20,000 nt of DNA from an uncultured virus (IMG/VR IMGVR_UViG_3300050821_011071). Lineage: Duplodnaviria > Heunggongvirae > Uroviricota > Caudoviricetes. The notes under the pieces were generated by a model, which saw nothing but the letters and a program-made list of their open reading frames with translations, made no database searches and was not told the origin of the DNA. Positions 1-6,541 of this stretch are shown piece after piece. The position numbers and the translations under genes are program-made. The stretch lies in IMG/VR virus record IMGVR_UViG_3300050821_011071; one strand, given 5' to 3'. The number at the start of each line of letters is the position of its first letter. The first letter of the stretch is position 1.

Positions 1-41
1 ACCGCCGTCGACTTGATTTTTTAAACTCTTGGACGCTGTAC

Positions 42-314
42 TCATTCGCCCCTGCGCAGAACTTTAAGAATTTCCTTTTCCTTCGGGTGGCCTTTGACAG
101 CCACCTTTGCCTTTCTCATAAACTTGGCGGCCTTTGTTTGTACTTCCTTATCGTCAGTCGTTTTTCTCGCGCGGCCTTTGTTTGCGTTAGACCGACTAGC
201 TGCTCTGCCGTTTACAAATTGCTGCGGGTCACTGCCTTTTCCTATGTCGCGGTCGAACTGATGCTCTTGAAAAAACACTTCTTGTGGTGCGGGTGGGAGT
301 TTAGTTACCTTCAT
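42..314 (-). CDS. Hypothetical basic protein (90 aa)
   Basis: ATGA overlap with the upstream nuclease stop at 311-314. Lys/Arg-rich, no motif recognised. Confidence 0.7.
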   Translation of the reverse strand: MKVTKLPPAPQEVFFQEHQFDRDIGKGSDPQQFVNGRAASRSNANKGRARKTTDDKEVQTKAAKFMRKAKVAVKGHPKEKEILKVLRRGE

Positions 315-1528
315 TCGGCCTCGTTGTCTTGCTCTGCGAACAAATCATCGACGGTTTCCTCGTCTGTCTTTGTGAAGTTCAATTTCTTAAATGCTTCGTC
401 GCCTAATACGAATGCTTGGAAGTACGGGTCGCTCCGGTCGTCGTGCGGGTAGCGGATGCCAAAAGTGTTCGGGTATCCTTTACCGCCAGCGCTGTGTTTC
501 TTCCACGCGTTCACGATGTTAACGATTTGACGTTCTGCGATTGCGCCCGCATCGTTAGCTGATTCAACACTAACATAACCCGCGTTAAATTGCAAGCGTT
601 GTTTTGTAACAATCTCCGCGGGCACCGAAACTCCGTTGGTCTTGAGCCACTCATCACGACGCGCCTTGGCGACTTTCGTTTGCTCAGTCTTGCCGTCTTC
701 CTTCTTTCCTTGAGCTTTCTCCATTTCCTCAATCATGAAATCATTGGCTACAAGAATTAAATCTTCGTCATTGACTTGAGCGACTACGGCCTCGGCACCG
801 GCCTTGAAGATTCCGGCGTCTTCCAAGAGCGTAACCGAAGAGCCCTTTTGATACGAGCGCCCTTTTTTGACGAACCAAAGAAGACCAACGTCGCGTATCC
901 CGCTGAGCCAACTGTAACGTCGCAGTTGAGTATCGAACGCAGCGATGCCATAAGATTCGGGGAAATCTTGTCCAGCAGTTTTGATATCAACGATGACCGG
1001 ACGAAAAGGACCGTACTCGGGCCTCCAATCGAGTCTCGGAAGCATAGGATGTTGGGGGTCGACATACGCGACGATGTCGAGCTTGCCCGCGTCTTCGATT
1101 TCTCCATAGTTCGGGTCATTGGGAAATACCTCTTTCGCATATTCGCGTTGAAACAAAGTGTTGCCGCCTAGCGGAATCGGGAGGCTGGGCTGACGAATCA
1201 TATAAAGCTTGAGCCACTCGATGCCGATTTGCAAGCAGTTCGCCCAATCCTTCTCGACCTTGGTATATTGTAGCTCGTTGTTGCTGACGTGCGCCATCCA
1301 CTCTTGACGGAAGCGGTCGATAGCGCCTTCGCCATTGTGCTCGTGGTAGTGCTGAATGGCGGTTTCGAATGCTTTACCGAGCTCGAAACGCGCTTTGTTA
1401 TTCTTCTCTTTCCATCCAAGCACCTTTTGAAGGAAATATTTAAGCGCGCACTGGTCGAACGTGTTGCCCGCCGAGTAACTGTGGCGTCGCCACGGGTTGC
1501 CTTTCGAATTGATGTAAAGAAAAGCCAT
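311..1528 (-). CDS. PD-(D/E)XK nuclease, RecB/AddB-like (PDDEXK_1 family)
   Basis: N-terminal SYSAGNTFDQCALKYF, G..FE..IQ helix, catalytic GKLDIV and IVDIKT, and QLRRYS motif. Confidence 0.85.
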   Translation of the reverse strand: MAFLYINSKGNPWRRHSYSAGNTFDQCALKYFLQKVLGWKEKNNKARFELGKAFETAIQHYHEHNGEGAIDRFRQEWMAHVSNNELQYTKVEKDWANCLQIGIEWLKLYMIRQPSLPIPLGGNTLFQREYAKEVFPNDPNYGEIEDAGKLDIVAYVDPQHPMLPRLDWRPEYGPFRPVIVDIKTAGQDFPESYGIAAFDTQLRRYSWLSGIRDVGLLWFVKKGRSYQKGSSVTLLEDAGIFKAGAEAVVAQVNDEDLILVANDFMIEEMEKAQGKKEDGKTEQTKVAKARRDEWLKTNGVSVPAEIVTKQRLQFNAGYVSVESANDAGAIAERQIVNIVNAWKKHSAGGKGYPNTFGIRYPHDDRSDPYFQAFVLGDEAFKKLNFTKTDEETVDDLFAEQDNEAE

Positions 1529-1902
1529 TATTCGTTCCTTGGGTCAGTAAAGGTGAAATGCCCGTCGATGCGGTACTCATCGTACTTGTCGGGGTCTTCT
1601 GTGTCTTCATCCTCGGCCCACTTGTAAAACTCGTCGAGTTCCTCGACCTTGATGAAGTACTCGTGACCGCTGTTGTCGCCTCCGATTGCGTATCGCTGTG
1701 GTTCTTTGGTTTTTTCTACAGTCTTCTTTTTCGTTGGTTTATTCTCCGGCATCGGCTTTCGTCCTAAGTCGGCTACGAAAGGCGAACAGTCGCAAACGTC
1801 TCCTGCTGCGTCAAGACCGCCACATTTCATTTCTGGGCCGCTGTGCATCGCGCCACTGTGCGGGCAACGAAGGCAATAATAGTTAGGAATTTTCTTCGCC
1901 AT
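1528..1902 (-). CDS. Hypothetical protein with Cys/His-rich (probable Zn-binding) N-terminus
   Basis: CLRCPH..MH..KC..CDC pattern. ATG at 1902 has GAGGAG upstream, so it is preferred over 1911. TAATG overlap with the next gene. Confidence 0.65.
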   Translation of the reverse strand: MAKKIPNYYCLRCPHSGAMHSGPEMKCGGLDAAGDVCDCSPFVADLGRKPMPENKPTKKKTVEKTKEPQRYAIGGDNSGHEYFIKVEELDEFYKWAEDEDTEDPDKYDEYRIDGHFTFTDPRNE

Positions 1903-3481
1903 AAATCTCAATCTCCTCTGAAAAGTCGTTCAAAAACTGGCTCGGCGAGCCGTAAAAGCTGATGTCAAGCGTATCCGCGGCCCGAGAGCATGCGACAAAA
2001 AAGATGCGGTGTTCTTCCAGCAGCTCTCCGTCCTTATGTGGCATCAGTCCCTGTTTTACGCCGATAACGAAAACGTGCTTCCACTCCCGGCCCTTGGCTT
2101 GGTGCACCGTCGTTAGGCTGAGCGAAGGCTTCTTGTCACTCTTCGCCCCGAAGGTGAGCTTGCGGAGCCACGTTAAGAACTCCGGGACGGTCCCGCGCTT
2201 TGCGCTCATTTTAATGATGTCGTTCAGGTTCTCGATTGGGTCTTTCTCCATCGGGGAGCCTGAGTTGCGGTACACGTAAGCTAAGTTATGCGTCTCCATC
2301 AATTGCTTCATCACTTCGTGTGCCGGTCGGTCACCGAATCCACTACCCTGCTCTTTCGTGAGCTCTAGGAGGTGGCGGACCTCGTTTTGCTCCCAGACAT
2401 TCTTGCGCCCGAGTATCTTCGACTTGAGGTTTCGAGCCATCGCCATCTTTTGAACGGTCATGAGCTGGCGATTCGTGCGCGCGATAATAGCTGTGTTCGC
2501 CGGGTCGGTCACGCACCCGAGCACAATTGACGCTTCCTCAATTTCATCTCCGAATTTGGTGATGGTCGGGTCAACTCCTTCTTCTCGCATCGAAACCATG
2601 TGACTCGCTAACCCGTTGTCGACCGGGATTGTTCGTTTAAAAAAGGCGACAAGTCGTTGAGTAGAGCGGTAATTTTGTCCAAGATAAAGAGTCTTTGCTC
2701 CGGGGAAGGTCCGGGAGAAATTTGAAAGATTCCCAGATTGTGCCGAGCGCCATTCATAGATAAGCTGATTCTCGTCCCCGACGACGAAAATATTTCCATT
2801 ATATATGAGTTGGAGGAGTCTAAATTGGACCACGTCCGTATCTTGGCATTCATCGACGCTGATGTACTTTCGTTTATTTCTTTCTCTGACTTCATCGTTT
2901 GTCTCCAATAACTTAACTGCTTCCTTCATCAGTCCATGAAAATCAAGCCACCCTTGCTCGCGACTTTTCTTCTCGTAATCTCGGTACGCGGCAGCGTAAA
3001 AGTACTCCGTACCTTTGAGGTTGTGGCTCTCTTCAATCGCGCGGTCCGGGTCAATGTTCCCGCTCTGCCACTCCTCAATTTTGCTCTTGAGTGAGTTGAA
3101 AGTGGTGATGGGCGGGTACAATTTCATCAAATCTTTGATGAGCTGAAACTGCTCCCCGCGGACCGGGATGATAGTATCGCAAAGCTCGAATCCAACGTGC
3201 TCTCGCTCGCGTTGCAAAAGGTCGAGGGCGAAGCTGTGGAAAGTTCGGAATATTTCTTTAGCGTCAAGCATGCCGGTTCGTTCGACCATTTCGGTGGCCG
3301 CTGAATTCGTGAACGTCAGGTTCAGGATATCTTTTTGCGGGATGCCGTGTTTCGTAATCATCCCCATGTATCGCTGAATCAGCGTGGCGGTCTTGCCTGA
3401 GCCCGGGCCCGCGATACAAACATAGTCGCCATTGACTGCGTCCGCTACGATTTGTTGGTCCGGATTAAGATTTAAGAACAC
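1883..3481 (-). CDS. uvrD: UvrD/PcrA/Rep-family SF1 DNA helicase (compact, 532 aa)
   Basis: Motifs AGPGSGKT, LTFTN, TFHS, VDECQD, VGDENQLIYEWR, NYRS, TVHQAKGREW and FFVACSRA. GTG start. Confidence 0.95.
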   Translation of the reverse strand: MFLNLNPDQQIVADAVNGDYVCIAGPGSGKTATLIQRYMGMITKHGIPQKDILNLTFTNSAATEMVERTGMLDAKEIFRTFHSFALDLLQREREHVGFELCDTIIPVRGEQFQLIKDLMKLYPPITTFNSLKSKIEEWQSGNIDPDRAIEESHNLKGTEYFYAAAYRDYEKKSREQGWLDFHGLMKEAVKLLETNDEVRERNKRKYISVDECQDTDVVQFRLLQLIYNGNIFVVGDENQLIYEWRSAQSGNLSNFSRTFPGAKTLYLGQNYRSTQRLVAFFKRTIPVDNGLASHMVSMREEGVDPTITKFGDEIEEASIVLGCVTDPANTAIIARTNRQLMTVQKMAMARNLKSKILGRKNVWEQNEVRHLLELTKEQGSGFGDRPAHEVMKQLMETHNLAYVYRNSGSPMEKDPIENLNDIIKMSAKRGTVPEFLTWLRKLTFGAKSDKKPSLSLTTVHQAKGREWKHVFVIGVKQGLMPHKDGELLEEHRIFFVACSRAADTLDISFYGSPSQFLNDFSEEIEIYGEENS

Positions 3482-4684
3482 TTACTTGGTCACTCCAATT
3501 GCGCGGTCGATGTACTGAACCAGCGCTTGCGCCCCGTTCGTCTTGGTGTAGTTGTCAAGGAAGTCGAACAAATCTTCCCATTGAGCCAAGCTGAGAGAGT
3601 TCATATCTCCCGCGCCTGTGTGCGTGGTGGCGAACTTGCGCATCTTCATCGTGGGGCCGCCGATATTTTCGCTTGGCAGCATTCCGCCCTTCGGGAGCAC
3701 GTCGTTGTAGTACACCCGGAGGCGTTCGCGGAATTCTTTCGCTTTCTCAGGGTCGAGAGCGGCTGTCGGCGGAGCAGAGGGGGGCGCAACCGATGCCTGT
3801 GCCGGAACCGGCTGCGCCTTCTCGACCGCGACCGCGGGAGGTGCCGACACAGGAACCTCAATCGCGGGGGTCGAAACTTGTGGTGTCAAAGATGGTGTCA
3901 CAGGCTCTTGGCCGGGACTGGCAATCGAGACTGTGTTGCGACGAGCTCGCGTTCGCTTTTGTTTCGCCGGAGCCGCTGGTGCCAAGTTAGGCGGGTCGGA
4001 AATACCATAACCCGCGGGTTCTCCCGGCATTGATTTTGCCATAAGTTGCGCCTTGGCTTCGTCGCGAAGGGCTTGCTGGGCGGCGCTAAATTCTTCCGGG
4101 GTTTGGTCTATGGTAGTTTTGATTGGCTCCGAATTTGGAGTTATATCTCGGCCCGGAGAGGCGTTTGTGGACGTCGGAGGGGCGGGCGGTGGGATGACCA
4201 TAGGACTGCCTGCTAAAACGGCTCCTGAAGCCGCGGGAGGGCCGTCCGTAAGCAATTGGAGGCGAACCTCAGATTCGTCCAAAAGACCGTGCCCGGCGAA
4301 CTGTAGGGCCAATCTGCGCAAGCCCCGGGTACTGGCGGTCATTACTGCGCTGGCGAGCCGTTCGCCTCGTAAACCCTCGGTTGCCGCTGAACCTATAGAA
4401 ATCTCTCTTCGACCGGCCTTATTGGTGCCTTCTACTTCAAAACTCACAAATCCCGGGCCGTCTTCTCGGGTCATTTTAGTGACACTCACACCGTGAATTT
4501 CTCGGAGAAGTTCGGTAGCGTTTCGTTTAGCGTACAAAACAAGGCCACGCATGCCATCTTCTTGAACCATCCAGAAATAATCTAACATTCCTAGTGCCGG
4601 GTCTGGGTCAAGACCAACCGCTTTGCAAACCGCCGCGCGGTGCGCTTCTCTCTGTTCGTTTGTTAGCTCGCTTAAATTTGCCAT
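3482..4684 (-). CDS. Putative single-strand annealing/recombination protein (Bet/Rad52-like N-domain, Pro/Ala-rich linker, helical C-domain)
   Basis: AGGAG RBS. VCKAVGLDP...LYAK and AVMTASTRGLRRLAL...GLLDESE resemble phage SSAP N-domains. Adjacent to a helicase and nuclease. The function is inferred. Confidence 0.5.
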   Translation of the reverse strand: MANLSELTNEQREAHRAAVCKAVGLDPDPALGMLDYFWMVQEDGMRGLVLYAKRNATELLREIHGVSVTKMTREDGPGFVSFEVEGTNKAGRREISIGSAATEGLRGERLASAVMTASTRGLRRLALQFAGHGLLDESEVRLQLLTDGPPAASGAVLAGSPMVIPPPAPPTSTNASPGRDITPNSEPIKTTIDQTPEEFSAAQQALRDEAKAQLMAKSMPGEPAGYGISDPPNLAPAAPAKQKRTRARRNTVSIASPGQEPVTPSLTPQVSTPAIEVPVSAPPAVAVEKAQPVPAQASVAPPSAPPTAALDPEKAKEFRERLRVYYNDVLPKGGMLPSENIGGPTMKMRKFATTHTGAGDMNSLSLAQWEDLFDFLDNYTKTNGAQALVQYIDRAIGVTK

Positions 4685-4705
4685 TCAAAATCTCCTAAAA
4701 ATTAA

Positions 4706-5345
4706 ATCTTGTCTTTTCATGTCCCGTAATATCCCGTTCGGCCCCGTGCCGTCTCATCGCTTCATTTCGTGTCAAAAGAAATTTTTAATCTCGTCTTATT
4801 TCGTCCTGCCGTATCGTGTCCCACGCCGTCCCGTGCTATCGCATCCCGCCAAAGAGCAGGAGAAAACCGCCGAAGCGGCTTTCCTCTATTCTTGTTTTAC
4901 CGCGCTGCGCCGAACCATATCCCACTAAATCGCATCGTATAATATCTCGTCTTAAGAAAATTTTGGTCTTGTCCTGTTTTACCTTGTCCAATTGAATCCC
5001 GTCGTATAATGTCGGTTCCCGTCATGTCCTGAGAAAATTTTGGTCTTGTCTCATTCTATCTTATCTAATCGAACCACGTTTTGTCATTTCCCGCCAATTC
5101 GTATCATGAGAATTTTTTTTTGTCTTATCTTGTTATGCCCCGTTATACCAAATTAAATCTTATTTCGTCGTACCTTGCCGCGAGAAAATTTTAGTCTTGT
5201 CGTAGCTCATCGGGCCGATTCGGATTCTATCATGTCCGGTCATTTCCTGTCGGGTCATAAGAAAATTTTGGTCTTATCTTGTTTAATCGCATTGAGTCTG
5301 GTCCCGCCGGGTCCTGTTACATCAAGTCTCGTTCAGTCCTGTCGT
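4706..5345 (-). repeat. Non-coding array of 8 units, each 12-15 pentamers (variable NN + conserved RRY, mostly GAY), separated by a CAAAATTTTCTY linker; putative guide-RNA (VIPR-like vrRNA) array
   Basis: Units at 5271-5345, 5194-5258, 5122-5181, 5043-5107, 4966-5030, 4889-4953, 4788-4852 and 4706-4775. Linkers (+ strand ragaaaattttg-like) at 5259, 5182, 5108, 5031, 4954 and 4776. Hand count: 90 of 106 pentamers carry RRY in phase. Confidence 0.9.
4858..4887 (-). terminator. C(UUCG)G hairpin plus U tract inside the array (intrinsic terminator or processing stem)
   Basis: Minus strand reads AGAGGAAAGCCGC-TTCG-GCGGTTTTCTCCT. The G-U pairs and UUCG loop work only on the minus strand. Confidence 0.7.
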
Positions 5346-5375
5346 ATAAAGAAGGCGGCCTCTGAACAGGCCGCC
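5346..5375 (-). terminator. GC-rich hairpin between the RAMP gene and the array
   Basis: GGCGGCCT-GTTCAG-AGGCCGCC (perfect 8-bp stem) followed by TTCTTTAT, 13 nt after the stop codon. Confidence 0.65.
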
Positions 5376-5388
5376 CACCCTGTCAGAC

Positions 5389-5967
5389 TTACTTCGCCTC
5401 CGCAATCGAAAGGACCTTGAAGCGACCGCTGATACCGCCATTAGCGACGCGCATTGCTCCGAGCCCAATGAAATTCCCCGCTTCGGTCAAATGGCGAAGA
5501 AGGACATCCTTCGTGATGACCTCATCGAGAACGTGGATATCGACGTTCCCTTGCCATTCCTTGACTTGAGGGAACGCCTTGGGCACGCGCTTCGTGCCGC
5601 CGGTCATACCATCGGAAGGAACATTTAGCCAAAGAGGCTCAACTGCCTCGGCTTTAATGGTCGAACCTTTGCCGTCTTTCAAAGGAATCTGTTCAAAAAC
5701 CATCACGCCCGACTTGAAGTGCTTCGTGTAGGTCGACTTTCCTTTGCCGGGAATTTGTTCGCTGAGATATTTCGCGGCGTCGCGAAGGCAGTTTTTCAAA
5801 GAGAGCGGGCTAAGCACGACGTTGCCCTGTTCATCTTTGTGCAACCGCTCCGACCACGTACGCTCTTCGTACTCAGCGTGTGATTCTTTGTTCAACTTAG
5901 GCACAACGTATTGCCGACCGAATAGCATCGGAGTCGTGCCTTGTAGCTTCACTGTGTATACCTTCAT
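5389..5967 (-). CDS. Stand-alone Cas7/Csm3-like RAMP protein (Vipr-like RNA-binding effector), 192 aa
   Basis: RAMP hallmarks: beta1 VKLQGTTPMLFG, VVLSPLSLKNCLRDAA (compare IPGSSLKGxLR), and a C-terminal Gly-rich loop GNFIGLGAMRVANGGISGRFKV. No other cas genes in the window. Confidence 0.8.
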   Translation of the reverse strand: MKVYTVKLQGTTPMLFGRQYVVPKLNKESHAEYEERTWSERLHKDEQGNVVLSPLSLKNCLRDAAKYLSEQIPGKGKSTYTKHFKSGVMVFEQIPLKDGKGSTIKAEAVEPLWLNVPSDGMTGGTKRVPKAFPQVKEWQGNVDIHVLDEVITKDVLLRHLTEAGNFIGLGAMRVANGGISGRFKVLSIAEAK

Positions 5968-6449
5968 TTTATTGCCTTTTTCTGCCCGACTTTTGAGTAC
6001 GGGCTTTTTGGCGGCTCTGCCTCAACTATGCTGTGCGGTCGGACTGAGCCTGTGCGAGAGACGGGTGGTGCTGTCCTCGATTTAGCTTCTCCCAACTCTA
6101 CAGGCGCTATGCTGATGGGTCCGTCAAAACCTATCGGTCGGTGATAAACTAATACAGAATCACCGGACAAGATTTCTTTAAGCTTGTGCTGAAAGAAGCT
6201 AACCATATCAGGAGATAATTTGTACCACTCGTCTCCGCCGCTTCCGATGCGATACTCTTCGAAGCGAAAATGAATTTCTGCTTCTAGCGGCTGTCCTCCG
6301 ATTAAGGTAAAAAGGACCAGCAACTTGCGGTAGTTTCCGGCCTTGTATCCGGCTGGCCGGTTAACTGGGTCAACTGAATGCCCTATTTTGACTAAGGACG
6401 GGTCGCCGCCTTCTTCAATTAGTATATAAACATAATCTGGTCTTGTCAA
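5964..6449 (-). CDS. GIY-YIG superfamily protein (T5orf172/MUG113-like) with low-complexity C-terminal tail
   Basis: YVYIL...LVKIGHS.DP..R....AGN...LE..IH..F..YRI....EWY. TTG start. ATGA overlap with the RAMP gene. Confidence 0.8.
   Translation of the reverse strand: MTRPDYVYILIEEGGDPSLVKIGHSVDPVNRPAGYKAGNYRKLLVLFTLIGGQPLEAEIHFRFEEYRIGSGGDEWYKLSPDMVSFFQHKLKEILSGDSVLVYHRPIGFDGPISIAPVELGEAKSRTAPPVSRTGSVRPHSIVEAEPPKSPYSKVGQKKAIK
5984..6009. other. Stem-loop just upstream of the RAMP start codon
   Basis: GCCCGACT-TTTG-AGT(A)CGGGC followed by TTTTT on the + strand. Could be an antisense terminator or a leader structure. Confidence 0.4.
6421..6449 (-). promoter_or_regulatory. Sigma70-type promoter P2, TTGACA-N17-TATACT, embedded in the first 10 codons of the GIY-YIG gene
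   Basis: -35 at 6449-6444, -10 at 6426-6421, 17-nt spacer. Confidence 0.65.
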
Positions 6450-6509
6450 GGTGCACCCTATTGCATCAAATTAAATCACGGCGCTTCGCATCAAGTCGCT
6501 ACAAAAAAT

Positions 6510-6538
6510 ATCCTATCATAAGTACTAGAGCTTGTCAA
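6510..6538 (-). promoter_or_regulatory. Sigma70-type promoter P1, TTGACA-N17-TAGGAT with extended TGn
   Basis: -35 at 6538-6533 and -10 at 6515-6510, immediately after the polymerase stop codon. Confidence 0.7.
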
Positions 6539-6541
6539 GCA

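Noticed and set aside
4954..5275. Canonical CRISPR array (repeat agaaaattttggtctt, ~77-nt period)
   Set aside because: The conserved part is only ~12-20 nt. The 'spacers' are 60-75 nt with internal 5-nt periodicity, so they are not captured foreign DNA. No cas1/cas2 is present.
4706..5345. TIGR-type array or simple microsatellite
   Set aside because: There are no 36-nt box C/D-like units and no Nop-domain protein. Fully variable dinucleotides in indel-free phase, with regular linkers, do not fit slippage-derived satellites.
4623..5420. + strand ORFs 4623-4928 and 5175-5420
   Set aside because: They are antisense to the whole region, lie within the 5-nt-periodic array and have no protein-like features.
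6014..6115. Possible extra degenerate pentamer unit upstream of the RAMP gene (gctct gcctc / actat gctgt / gtcgg actga gcctg)
   Set aside because: Phase breaks every 2-3 pentamers, there is no linker, and it lies inside the GIY-YIG reading frame. It cannot be told from chance by eye.
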